DNA of 38,104 nucleotides from an uncultured Sphingosinicella sp. (lineage in GTDB: Bacteria; Pseudomonadota; Alphaproteobacteria; Sphingomonadales; Sphingomonadaceae): positions 1 to 38,104 of the forward strand of contig CAYVVV010000002.1 of NCBI GenBank assembly GCA_964455325.1. Reading direction: 5' to 3'. Position 1 is the first letter of the stretch, and each line of letters starts with the position of its first letter. Of the stretch, positions 8,871 to 18,224 are shown piece after piece. Both the position numbers and the translations under genes were made by a program. Under the pieces are notes generated by a model. The model had not been told where the DNA came from, ran no database searches, and worked only from the letters and a program-made list of their open reading frames with translations.

Positions 8871-10393
8871 TGATCCTGTTCCTGCAAAAGTCGGCGGCGA
8901 CCGGCGAAGAGCAGCCGGTCCGTCTCCTCGAAACCCCAATACCAGAGGATGACGGCATAGGTCGCCAGGATTGCTGGCAGGCCGAGCACAAGCTCCCAAT
9001 AAGGCGGCAGATAGCGTTGCACGAGAACGCCGACCGCAAAGGCGGCACCCGCGGCAAGCAGCATCGGGCGGCGCCAGCCCGAGACCGCCTCGCCGAGCAA
9101 CGACCGCAGCAGCCGCGCCTTGACGACGCTGGCGAACAGCGCCGATGCCAGCAGCGCCGCCGCGGGGCCGACGCCGTTGACCGCCGCATCGGGCGAATCG
9201 GCGGGAAACAACATCGCGAACAGCGGGATGAACGCGAGCGTCAGCCCCACCTGCACGGCAAGCGTCGCCAGCGACAGCATCAGGTTGCGATGGCGCGCGA
9301 GATAGACGAGCGCGCTTTCGCTGACCGCGCCCGTGACATAGGCGATCTCGGCGACGAGCAGCAGGTTGAGGATCGTCGTACCGTCGCCGAAATTGGTGCC
9401 GACGAGGTCCATCACCGCCTCGCCGGTCATGCCGAGCGACAGCGCGATGCCGATCTGCGCGGCGAGAATCCAGAAGATCACCTGCCGCATGTGCGACGCG
9501 ATACGGGCGTGGTCGTGGCTGCGCAGGCCGCTGGTGATGACCGGCGCCAGGATCGGGTCGAACGTCACCTTCAGCTTTTGCGGCAGTGTCACCACCTGCT
9601 GCGCGACGTAATAGATGCCGAGTACCGCCGGTGTCGCGAACTGGCCGAGGATCAGCAGGTCGATGCGCCGCGACGCCCATTCGATGGCGTCGGCACCGGC
9701 GATCGGCAGGTTTTCGCGCATCATGCGGAACAGCCGTTCGGGGTGCGGGTGCCAGCCGTGCGGCAGGCCGAACTCGCGCAGGCACGGCACCGCCGACCAC
9801 AGGAACGCCGCCCCGAGCGAGACGGCGTACGCGATGATCATGGCATCGGCTTTCCAAGCCGGGACGAACGCCAGCCCCGCGGCGACGAAGGTCAATGCCC
9901 AGGGCTCGACCACTGACCGCGCCGCGACCGTGGCGCCGACCTTGTGGCGGTAGGCAAGCGCGGCAAGACACAGGTCGGACCCGACGATGAACATCGCCAC
10001 CAGCGGAAAGATGCGGTCTAGCCCCGAGATCTTGCTGTTGGGAAACAGCAGCTCGGGGATCGCGATGATGACGAGCGCGCCGGCGAGTGCGAACCCCCAG
10101 GCGAGCACGAGTCCGTCGCCGACAACGTGGCTTGGCGGCCGATCGGCCCTGGCGAGCTCCTTGGCTAGCCCGCGCTTGAGGCCGATCGTCGCCAGCGCCG
10201 CCATCAGCTCGACGATCATCGTCGCATAGGCGAAGCGGCCGAGCGCCTCGGCACCGTAGAGCTGGCCGGCAATGAACAGGAACGGCAGCCGAGCGAGCAG
10301 GCGCAGCACAAAGCCGAAGAAGTTGGTTCGCCCGCCCCGGGCGAGCGCCACCGTTTCGGCGTTGCGGTCCGGAGCGCCGGCGCCCGCAGTCAA
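8867..10393 (-). CDS. MOP-superfamily polysaccharide/oligosaccharide flippase (Wzx-like)
   Basis: 508 aa with about 12-14 hydrophobic segments, 'LYGAEALGRF', 'RIDLLILG' and 'GIYYVAQQV'. TTG start. Confidence 0.8.
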   Translation of the reverse strand: MTAGAGAPDRNAETVALARGGRTNFFGFVLRLLARLPFLFIAGQLYGAEALGRFAYATMIVELMAALATIGLKRGLAKELARADRPPSHVVGDGLVLAWGFALAGALVIIAIPELLFPNSKISGLDRIFPLVAMFIVGSDLCLAALAYRHKVGATVAARSVVEPWALTFVAAGLAFVPAWKADAMIIAYAVSLGAAFLWSAVPCLREFGLPHGWHPHPERLFRMMRENLPIAGADAIEWASRRIDLLILGQFATPAVLGIYYVAQQVVTLPQKLKVTFDPILAPVITSGLRSHDHARIASHMRQVIFWILAAQIGIALSLGMTGEAVMDLVGTNFGDGTTILNLLLVAEIAYVTGAVSESALVYLARHRNLMLSLATLAVQVGLTLAFIPLFAMLFPADSPDAAVNGVGPAAALLASALFASVVKARLLRSLLGEAVSGWRRPMLLAAGAAFAVGVLVQRYLPPYWELVLGLPAILATYAVILWYWGFEETDRLLFAGRRRLLQEQDQ

Positions 10394-10473
10394 TGCGGAT
10401 CGCCCGTGGTGTCAGTCGCCATGCATTGCTGTCTAGACCAATCCCGGTGTCGGCGGCAGCGTCTTTTTTCGGC

Positions 10474-11181
10474 CTAGCCGAGCATCGCCGCGGCGCGCTC
10501 GATGTCGCCGAGCGCCACTGCCCGGCTCGACTGAAAGCCGAAATAGGCGATCTGCTGCTCGGCGACGCTGTCCGACAGCAGCAACGCGTCGCCAAAGGCG
10601 TCGAGCGTTTCGGTCGCGACCGAGGCGCGCAGCAGCAGCGGTTCGACAGCGATGGCGACGGCCACGCCGGTCGTCGCTGCGCGCGCCCGCACATCGTCGA
10701 GCGCGCGACGAACATCGCGCCGCTCGGCGTTCGCGTCGACGATCAGCTGTTCGTCGGCGGACAGCGTCAGCGCCTGCGCCGCCAGCGTGGGGTGCACCAG
10801 CGGCTCGGCTGCAGGCAAGGCGGCGCGGCGATTGACAACCTGCGCCAGCAGGTTGAGCGGCGGACCCACGGCCAGCGCGAAACGATCGCCGGCACCGACG
10901 TCGGCGTTCGCCGCAAGGTCGACGGGCACGACCGGCGCCGCAGTGTCGATATGGCGGAGCTCGGTGTCGACACCGAACCACGCTGGTGCCGGCTGCGCCA
11001 CGCTGGCGATGCGCGCCGGTGTCCGAAGCAGGGCGAAATCATGTTGCCTGGCTGCGATATAGATCGCCGCAAACAACAGCAGCCCGAAGGTGGTGACGCA
11101 GACGAGGAGCCAACGCTCCTCCTCGGCGAGTCGCGTGCTTGCGATGGTCGACGACCGGATCGAATCAGTCACAGCTTGCAT
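10474..11181 (-). CDS. Single-pass membrane protein, possibly with a degenerate divergent-polysaccharide-deacetylase-like C-terminus
   Basis: One TM segment (WLLVCVTTFGLLLFAAIYIAA). A -10-like TATACT at 11197-11192 favours ATG 11181 over 11232. The function call is weak. Confidence 0.55.
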   Translation of the reverse strand: MQAVTDSIRSSTIASTRLAEEERWLLVCVTTFGLLLFAAIYIAARQHDFALLRTPARIASVAQPAPAWFGVDTELRHIDTAAPVVPVDLAANADVGAGDRFALAVGPPLNLLAQVVNRRAALPAAEPLVHPTLAAQALTLSADEQLIVDANAERRDVRRALDDVRARAATTGVAVAIAVEPLLLRASVATETLDAFGDALLLSDSVAEQQIAYFGFQSSRAVALGDIERAAAMLG

Positions 11182-11423
11182 GGGCGGCGGCAGTATAGTC
11201 GATGGCCGCTGCCGTACCGCCGATCGTTTCATCTGCGAACGATTCTATTGCAGTCGATTTCATGATGATCCGACGCGCCCGGCTCCGCGCTAAGCCACGG
11301 GAACCCCGTGTCGCTGCCAGGCTTTCCGCGACAAGGCGGGGAATGCCCGCTGTCGTGACGCGGCGCCTTGCTGCTGCCGCGTTTGGCGCCTACAGCGAGC
11401 GCGGATGGACACGGAACTGCGTC

Positions 11424-13418
11424 TTGGGCCGCGTATTTCGTAAGCTGCTGACATGGGGGCTTGGCCTCGGCACGCTCGCGCTCGTCGTGTTGGTGATCGC
11501 CGTCGGCATGCAGATGGCGGCGTTGCCCAGCTTCGACGCGATGATGCGTTCGCCGCGCGGGCAGGCGATCCGTGTGCTGTCGGCCGATGGCGCTGTGCTC
11601 GTGTCGGTCGGCCCATCGTATGGCGAATGGCTGACCTTCGACGAGATTCCGACGGTGATGAAGGACGCCATGGTGGCGGTCGAGGACAAGCGCTTCTTCT
11701 ATCATCCCGGCATCGATCCGATCGGTCTGGCGCGCGCGGCCTATGTCAATTTCCGCGCCGGAGCATCGGTGCAGGGCGGATCGACGATCACGCAGCAGCT
11801 GGCGCGCAACATCTTCCTCAACAACGACCGCAACTGGACGCGCAAGGCGCGCGAGGCACTCCTCGCGCTCGCCATCGAGCGGCGCTTCTCCAAGGACGAG
11901 ATTCTCGAGCTTTACCTCAATCGCGTCTATTTCGGCGGCGGCGCCTACGGCATCGACGCGGCGAGCCGGCGCTTCTATGGCCACAGCGCGCGGACGCTGA
12001 GCCTTGCCGAGGCAGCGATCATCGCCGGGCTGGTCAAGGCGCCGTCGCGCTACGCACCATCGTCGGACCCCGAACGGGCGCGGCGACGGGCGAGCATCGT
12101 GCTCGACGTGATGAACCGCCAGAAGCCAATCGGCGATCTCGGCGCCGCGCGCGCGGCAGTCGCCGAGATCAGCTTCGCGCCGCAGCCGCGCCAGAACAAT
12201 GTCCGCTATTTCACCGACTGGGTGCTTGCCGAGCTCGACATCCTCACCGACGAGACGGTCGAACCGCTGGTGGTGCGAACGACGCTGCTGTCATCGATGC
12301 AGAAGGCGGCCGAGGATGCAATCCGCAGCCAGACGCCGGCGGGCGCGCAGGGCGCGCTCGTCGCACTCGGCCATGACGGTGCCGTTCGCGCCATGGTTGG
12401 CGGCCGCGACTATGTCGAATCGCTCTACAACCGCGCCACCATTGCCGAGCGTCAGCCCGGCTCGGCGTTCAAGCTGTTCGTCTATCTCGCGGCGATCGAA
12501 TCGGGGGTGCTGCCCGACGACATCGTCATCGATGAACCGGTCGAGATCGACGGCTGGCGGCCACGTAATTCGACCGGCACGTTCCAGGGCGAAATGACCG
12601 TGCGGCAGGCCTTCGCGCAGTCGGTCAACACCGTCGCCGTCCAGCTTGCCGCGCGCGTTGGCTTCGACGCCGTGGCCGACATGGCGCGCCGCTTCGGCAT
12701 CGCGACGCCGGTCAGTCGCCGGCCGGCGATGGCGCTCGGCGCGTCGACCGTCCGCCTCATCGACATGACCGCCGCCTACGCCGCCGTCGCGCGCGGCGGC
12801 GTCGAGGTTCGCCCATTCGCCGTGACCCGCATCGAGACCGCGCGTGGACGTGTCGTCTACGAGCGCGAGGCGGAAAGTCCGCGCATCCTCGTTGCGCCGT
12901 GGGTTGCCACCAACATGACCCACCTGCTGCAGGCAGCGGTGGAGACCGGCACCGGGCGCCAGGCGCAGATCGGCCGCCCGCTCGCCGGCAAGACCGGCAC
13001 GACGTCGTCGAACAAGGACGGCTACTTCGTCGGCTTCACCGGCGACCTCACCGCAGGCGTGTGGATGGGCCGCGATGACAACCGCCGCGTCGGCGGCCTT
13101 GCGGGGGGGACGGCGCCGGCGCGTGCGTTCGCGTCGTTCATGCGTGTTGCCACCCGCAACATGCCAGTCGTCGCGCTCAACAGCGACATCCAGCTCGACG
13201 AAGCGCTCGGCGAACCTGACGCCGAGGTCTATGGCCTCGACGGTCCGCTGACGCGGCCGCCCGACGCGTATTACGCAGGCGCCGCTCTCGGCGCCGAAGA
13301 TGCTGCCGTCGAACTGCCTGTCGGCAACGACGGCCGACCGTTGCGACCCAGGCAACGGCTCGACGAGGCCTGGCTCGACGAAGCCGCCGATCCCTCAGCC
13401 GCGACCGACCCAATGTAG
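11424..13418 (+). CDS. Class A penicillin-binding protein (PBP1A family)
   Basis: Transglycosylase motifs EDKRF, GSTITQQL, RKARE and transpeptidase motifs SAFK, SVN, KTGT. The start is uncertain (TTG 11424, just before the TM anchor). Confidence 0.93.
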   Translation: MGRVFRKLLTWGLGLGTLALVVLVIAVGMQMAALPSFDAMMRSPRGQAIRVLSADGAVLVSVGPSYGEWLTFDEIPTVMKDAMVAVEDKRFFYHPGIDPIGLARAAYVNFRAGASVQGGSTITQQLARNIFLNNDRNWTRKAREALLALAIERRFSKDEILELYLNRVYFGGGAYGIDAASRRFYGHSARTLSLAEAAIIAGLVKAPSRYAPSSDPERARRRASIVLDVMNRQKPIGDLGAARAAVAEISFAPQPRQNNVRYFTDWVLAELDILTDETVEPLVVRTTLLSSMQKAAEDAIRSQTPAGAQGALVALGHDGAVRAMVGGRDYVESLYNRATIAERQPGSAFKLFVYLAAIESGVLPDDIVIDEPVEIDGWRPRNSTGTFQGEMTVRQAFAQSVNTVAVQLAARVGFDAVADMARRFGIATPVSRRPAMALGASTVRLIDMTAAYAAVARGGVEVRPFAVTRIETARGRVVYEREAESPRILVAPWVATNMTHLLQAAVETGTGRQAQIGRPLAGKTGTTSSNKDGYFVGFTGDLTAGVWMGRDDNRRVGGLAGGTAPARAFASFMRVATRNMPVVALNSDIQLDEALGEPDAEVYGLDGPLTRPPDAYYAGAALGAEDAAVELPVGNDGRPLRPRQRLDEAWLDEAADPSAATDPM

Positions 13419-14150
13419 CGCCGCGCCATGCGTGCGCAGCCAGCAGGTGGCGCGGCGGTCGTCGCCATCGGCAAGCGTCGCGCACAGCGCGTGAAACGCG
13501 CGGCCGTGATCATGGTGGACAAGATGCGCGACTTCGTGCGCGGCGACGGCGCGGCGCACCCAGTCGGGCGCAAGGATCAAGCGCCAGCTGAACGCCAGCG
13601 CGCCGCGGGCGCTGCAACTGCCCCAGCGCCCGCGCGGATCGCCGACACGCACGGGCGGCGGCGAGCGGCCAAGGCGGGCGGCGATCATGGCGCAGTCGAC
13701 AGCAAACGCGGCGCGCGCCTCCTCCCGAAGCCAGCGGGCGATCCGCCCGGCAAGCGCCTCGACCGGCCCGCCGACCTCGATAGCGCGCCCAGCGAGGCGC
13801 GGAGCGCGGGGATATGCGGGCGACCAGTCGATCGCCACGGGCTCGCCGCGGAACGGCAGCACCGCGCCCGGCGTCAGGGGCAGCGGCAGCGGCCAGCGCG
13901 CGACGCGTGCGGCGAGCCACGACCGCTGCTCGGCGACGAACGCGACGGCGCGCCGAAGCGCGACACCTTCCGGCACGGTGACGCGCACCGCGCCCATCGC
14001 GGCGTCAGCACGCAGCGTCAGCCGGCGGGCGCGCGGCGACGACGTCATGACCAGCGGCACCTCGCGGCCGCCGACGTCGATCGATTGCGGAACCGCGCGA
14101 CGGAGCGCCGCATGCCGTTCAGCGGCTCGACAGAGAAACCCAACGCTCAC
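13395..14150 (-). CDS. YgjP-like (M48/SprT-type) zinc metallopeptidase family protein
   Basis: RWGSCS, FSWRL, AHEVAH (HExxH), DHGRAF. Confidence 0.88.
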   Translation of the reverse strand: MSVGFLCRAAERHAALRRAVPQSIDVGGREVPLVMTSSPRARRLTLRADAAMGAVRVTVPEGVALRRAVAFVAEQRSWLAARVARWPLPLPLTPGAVLPFRGEPVAIDWSPAYPRAPRLAGRAIEVGGPVEALAGRIARWLREEARAAFAVDCAMIAARLGRSPPPVRVGDPRGRWGSCSARGALAFSWRLILAPDWVRRAVAAHEVAHLVHHDHGRAFHALCATLADGDDRRATCWLRTHGAALHWVGRG

Positions 14151-14590
14151 AGCGCGCGGTCGAGCATATGGTGCTCGAGCGGTCCGGCCTCGTCCTCCGA
14201 CACTGTCCAGCCGCTGGCCGACTGGCCGGCTTTCCGGACGCTGTCAGGGTCGCCGCTGACCAGCGGGTGCCAGTCGGGCAGCGGCTCGCCGTCGGCGAGC
14301 CGGCGGTAGGCGCAGGTCGACGGCAGCCAGTCGAGCGAGCGCACCTTGGCCGGGGTCAGGCGGACGCAGTCGGGGACGTGCGCGCGACGGTTGCGGTAGT
14401 CCCTGCAGCGACCGCTGCGCCGGTCGAGCAGGCGGCAAGCGACGTTGGTCGGCACCAGCGTACCGGTTTCCTCGTCCTCAAGCTTGTGCAGGCAGCACTT
14501 GCCGCAGCCGTCGCAGAGCGCCTCCCACTCGTCGCGCGTCATCGCCTCGAGCGGCTTCGTTTCCCAGTAGCGCGGCGCTAGCGTACCCAT
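14147..14590 (-). CDS. YcgN family cysteine-cluster protein
   Basis: WEALCDGCGKCCLHKLED, WLPSTCAY, WHPLVSG. Confidence 0.92.
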   Translation of the reverse strand: MGTLAPRYWETKPLEAMTRDEWEALCDGCGKCCLHKLEDEETGTLVPTNVACRLLDRRSGRCRDYRNRRAHVPDCVRLTPAKVRSLDWLPSTCAYRRLADGEPLPDWHPLVSGDPDSVRKAGQSASGWTVSEDEAGPLEHHMLDRAL

Positions 14591-15174
14591 TTCTCAAGCC
14601 CGGCGGCGATCGCCTCGGCGCTGTCGCCGCGCTCGAAATGCATGATTGGGCGGCCATCCGGATCCATCAGGTAGATGTAGGCGGTATGGTCCATAAGGTA
14701 GTTCGCCGCGTCGGTGCCGGCAGTCTTGGCGGCGTAGACGCGATAGGCGCGCTTGGCGACGGCAATCTCCTGTTCGTTGCCGGTCAGGCCGATCAGCCGC
14801 GGATGGAAGCTGGCGGTGAATGCCTTGAGCGCCTCGCGCGTGTCGCGCGCCGGATCGACGGTGATGAAGATCGGCTGAACGCGCGCCGCCGTCGCGGGGT
14901 GCTTGGCCTCGAACGCCCTGAAGCCGCGCGCCATGCGGTCGACGTCGACCGGGCATACGTCGGGACAATAGCTGTAGCCGAAGTAAACCAGCCGGTAGCG
15001 GCCATTGAGGCTGGCGTTGGTGACGCGTCGGCCGTCCTCGTCGGTGAGCGCGAAGTCGCCGCCGATCGGCGCGCCAGCGAGCGGCGGCGTCTCCGCGGCC
15101 GGCCGCGCCGTCATCAGCCAGAGCAGCACGGCAACGCAGCCGATGGCGAGCACGAGCAGCAGCGCGATGCGCAT
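14578..15174 (-). CDS. SCO1/SenC family copper chaperone
   Basis: YFGYSYCPDVCP (CxxxC), FITVDPARD, MDH and an N-terminal TM. Alternative start at 15201. Confidence 0.93.
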   Translation of the reverse strand: MRIALLLVLAIGCVAVLLWLMTARPAAETPPLAGAPIGGDFALTDEDGRRVTNASLNGRYRLVYFGYSYCPDVCPVDVDRMARGFRAFEAKHPATAARVQPIFITVDPARDTREALKAFTASFHPRLIGLTGNEQEIAVAKRAYRVYAAKTAGTDAANYLMDHTAYIYLMDPDGRPIMHFERGDSAEAIAAGLEKWVR

Positions 15175-15264
15175 GAAGGGGATGCGGCGTCGTTGTTCCA
15201 TATTCAGCCTGATACGCCTATACAGCCTTGCTTGAGAACCTTGTTTGTGGATCCGACAACGCCC

Positions 15265-15870
15265 ATGTCGACGCTTCGCTCCGTTGCCATCGCCTGCCTG
15301 GCGCTGGCGCTGGCGGCGCCCGCCGCCGCCCAGTTCACCGACCGCTACAATTTCTTCAAGGCGGTCAAGGAAGGCGACGTGCTCAAGGCCAAGTCGCTGA
15401 TCGACCAGCCCGGATCGACGCTGATCAACATGCGCGATCCCGAAACCGGCGGCATGGCGCTGCACATTGTGGTGAAACGGCGCGACGCGCCCTGGCTGGG
15501 CTTCCTGATCGCCAATGGCGCCGACGTCAATGCGCGCGACCTCGACGGCAATACGCCGTTGGTCACGGCGGCGCAGCTCGGCTTCGTCGAAGGCGTGCAA
15601 CTGCTCGTACGGCGCAAGGCCAAGGTCGACGCCACCAACAACCGCGGCGAGACCGCGCTGATCCTCGCCGTCCAGTTGCGCAACGCGCAGGTCGTGCGCG
15701 AACTGCTCGCCGCTGGCGCCGATCCCGACATCGCCGACAATGTCGCGGGCCAGTCGGCGCGTGACTACGCCACGGTCGACCGCCGTGCTGCCGGGATCCG
15801 GCGCATGATCGAGGACAGCGCGAAAAAGGCTGGCGACAGCGCCGAAACGGCAGCCAAGCCCGGCGGCTGA
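15265..15870 (+). CDS. Exported ankyrin-repeat protein
   Basis: Signal peptide ending APAAA-Q. Ankyrin repeats GGMALH, GADVNARDLDGNTPL, GETALILA, GADPD. Confidence 0.9.
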   Translation: MSTLRSVAIACLALALAAPAAAQFTDRYNFFKAVKEGDVLKAKSLIDQPGSTLINMRDPETGGMALHIVVKRRDAPWLGFLIANGADVNARDLDGNTPLVTAAQLGFVEGVQLLVRRKAKVDATNNRGETALILAVQLRNAQVVRELLAAGADPDIADNVAGQSARDYATVDRRAAGIRRMIEDSAKKAGDSAETAAKPGG

Positions 15871-17147
15871 TGCCGGGCATCCGTCCGGAGTTGCCAGCAG
15901 CGCTCGGTACCCCCGGCGTGCGCGCGCACACGCTGGTCGTCATTCGCTGGATGTCGATCGTCGGCCAATCGATCGCCTTCGTCATCGTCGAAGCCGTGCT
16001 CGGTTTCGATACGCCGCGCGTCGCCGCGGGTCTTGCCATCCTTGCCGCTGCTGCCGCGAACATCGCGCTGATGACGCTATATCCGCGCGGCAGCCGCCTG
16101 GTCGGCGTCCGGGCGTGGCTCAACCTTGCCTTCGACGTGCTGCAACTGGGGGTGCTGATCTACCTGACCGGGGGCCTGATGAACCCGTTCGTCGTGCTGC
16201 TGCTGGCGCCTGTGACGATTTCGGCAACGCTGCTGACGCCGCGCGCGACGCTGGCGCTGGCGCTGTTGGCAACAGCGGTGCTCGCGCTCGTCGCGGTCCG
16301 GTCGCTGCCGCTGCCGTGGCATGGCCCGCCGCCGGTGGCGCCGCCGCAGCTGTTGCTGGCCACTTTTGTCGCCGTCGCCTTCACGCTTTGGTTTCTAGGC
16401 GCCTATGTGCTCAGCGTCGCGCTCGATGCGCGGCGCTGGCAGCAGGCGCTCGTCGTCACGCAGGCGGTGCTCGAACGCGAGACCAAAATGTCGGCGCTTG
16501 GCGCGCTGGCTGCGGCCTCGGCGCACGAACTCGGCGGACCTCTGGGAACGATCGCACTTGTCGCGCATGACCTGTCGCAGTCGCTCGGCGGTGACCCTGA
16601 TTTCGGCGATGACGTCGCGCTGCTCGATCGCGAGGCGCGCCGCTGCCGCGCGATCCTGACCGACCTAGCCCGCCGCGCCGAGGTCGAAGCGCCGTTCCGC
16701 CACGTGTCGCTGCTGGCCTTGCTGCACGAGGCGGCGCAGGATTTCGCGGCAAGCGGCAAGCTGAGCATTGCAGCCGACGTGCCGGCACTGACCGTCGAGC
16801 GCTCACCCGAACTGCTGCACGGCATTGTCAACCTGCTCGACAATGCCGTGCGCCATGCCACCAGCGCCGTTCGCCTCAACGCCTCGATCGACACCGACAC
16901 CGTCAGCATCACAATTGCCGACGACGGTCCCGGCTTCCCGCCCGACCTGCTGCGCAACATCGGCGACCCTTATCTGGGGCCGGCGCGGTCGGCGCGCGGC
17001 GGCACCGGACTCGGCCTGTTCATCGCCACGACCCTGATCGAGCGCACTGGCGGCAAGCTGCTGTTTCGAAATGTCGCAGGCGGCGGCGCAACGGTCGAAA
17101 TCCGCTGGCGCCGCGCCTATATCGATGTTGCCCAACAGGAGAGGTGA
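15870..17147 (+). CDS. regB: RegB/PrrB/ActS family redox-sensing histidine kinase
   Basis: GGLMNPF quinone-binding motif, H-box AHELG, RCRAIL redox Cys, N-box NLLDNA, DDGPGF, GTGLGLFI. Confidence 0.9.
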   Translation: MPGIRPELPAALGTPGVRAHTLVVIRWMSIVGQSIAFVIVEAVLGFDTPRVAAGLAILAAAAANIALMTLYPRGSRLVGVRAWLNLAFDVLQLGVLIYLTGGLMNPFVVLLLAPVTISATLLTPRATLALALLATAVLALVAVRSLPLPWHGPPPVAPPQLLLATFVAVAFTLWFLGAYVLSVALDARRWQQALVVTQAVLERETKMSALGALAAASAHELGGPLGTIALVAHDLSQSLGGDPDFGDDVALLDREARRCRAILTDLARRAEVEAPFRHVSLLALLHEAAQDFAASGKLSIAADVPALTVERSPELLHGIVNLLDNAVRHATSAVRLNASIDTDTVSITIADDGPGFPPDLLRNIGDPYLGPARSARGGTGLGLFIATTLIERTGGKLLFRNVAGGGATVEIRWRRAYIDVAQQER

Positions 17148-17719
17148 CGATGGCGGCAGCGACACAACCGGCGACGGTGGCGCCCGACGGCGCGACGGAG
17201 CGCAGCCTGCTGCTCGTCGATGATGATGCCGCGTTCCGCCAGCGGCTCGACCTGATGCTGACGCGCCGTGGCTACGCCGTGACCCCGGTGGCCAGTCTCG
17301 CCGAGGCCCGTGTCGCGGCGGCGCGCGTCAAGCCGGCGTTCGCCGTGCTCGACATGCGGCTTGGAGACGGTAACGGGCTCGACCTCGTCGCCGACCTGCG
17401 CGCGTTGCGGCCGGGCGTGCGCATCGTCATGCTGACCGGCTATGGCAACCTCGCCACCGCGGTCGCCGCGATCAAGGCCGGCGCTGTCGACTATTTGCCC
17501 AAGCCCGCCGATCCCGACGACATCCTGAACGCGCTGACTGCAAGCGGCAGCGACAGGCCCAGGCCGCCCGAGGATCCGATGTCGGCCGACCGCGTCCGCT
17601 GGGAACATATCCAGCGCGTCTACGAGCTGTGCGACCGCAACGTCTCGGAAACGGCGCGACGGCTCAAGATGCACCGTCGCACGCTGCAGCGCATCCTGTC
17701 GAAGCGCTCGCCGCGCTAG
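17144..17719 (+). CDS. regA: RegA/PrrA/ActR family response regulator
   Basis: LTGYGNLATAVAAIKAGA, MSADRVRWEHIQRVYE, and HTH NVSETARRLKMHRRTLQRIL. Confidence 0.95.
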   Translation: MTMAAATQPATVAPDGATERSLLLVDDDAAFRQRLDLMLTRRGYAVTPVASLAEARVAAARVKPAFAVLDMRLGDGNGLDLVADLRALRPGVRIVMLTGYGNLATAVAAIKAGAVDYLPKPADPDDILNALTASGSDRPRPPEDPMSADRVRWEHIQRVYELCDRNVSETARRLKMHRRTLQRILSKRSPR

Positions 17720-18186
17720 AGCAGCTCGTCGAGGAAGGGGTCGCCAAGGCGTTGCAGCCGGCTGGCGGCAAGCCGCGCAAAGCGCAGCACCCCGGACTTG
17801 CGGCGCGCGGCGCTGAGCGACAGCGGCAGCGGCGAGCGCACCACCGCCGCGCCGAACCGATCGGCGACGATGATACCGGTACTGTCCGGGTCGAAGCCGG
17901 GCTCGTCGAGCACCGGCCGCAGCGCTGCCGGCACCGCCCAGTAGAAGCGGTCGGCGAACACCCGATAGTCACGCCACTTGCCATCGCCGCGCAGGTCGGC
18001 GAGCGAGACCTTGATTTCGCAGATGCTGATCGCGCCCTGCGCATCGATCGCGACAACATCGGCGCGCCGACCGCCGCGCAGCGGCACTTCGAGCAGTGTC
18101 ACCGCGCCCATGTGGTGGAACAGGCGGCATACGCCGCGCGCGACATCGGCGGCAATCAGCGAATCGTTGGCGGACGGAGTCGCCAT
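17716..18186 (-). CDS. mmcB: MmcB family (DUF1052) putative DNA-repair endonuclease
   Basis: GRRADV, EIKVS, DLRGDGKW, DRFYWAV. Convergent with regA. Confidence 0.9.
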   Translation of the reverse strand: MATPSANDSLIAADVARGVCRLFHHMGAVTLLEVPLRGGRRADVVAIDAQGAISICEIKVSLADLRGDGKWRDYRVFADRFYWAVPAALRPVLDEPGFDPDSTGIIVADRFGAAVVRSPLPLSLSAARRKSGVLRFARLAASRLQRLGDPFLDELL

Positions 18187-18224
18187 CGGCACCCGTCTAC
18201 CAGACCGGAACGCCGACCCAAGCC

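Noticed and set aside
8871-10715. Apparent 947-aa reductase with a long N-terminal extension
   Set aside because: The extension is an alternative frame of the flippase gene with Arg/Pro/Gly-rich nonsense. The reductase starts at 8870, so this is not a fusion.
10433-10981. 182-aa alternative minus-strand ORF
   Set aside because: It overlaps the better-supported 10474-11181 ORF in another frame and has Arg-rich low-information sequence.
18197-18211. Possible LexA box upstream of mmcB (GTTC-N7-GTAG on the minus strand)
   Set aside because: Two mismatches in one half-site of GTTC-N7-GTTC, too weak to call.
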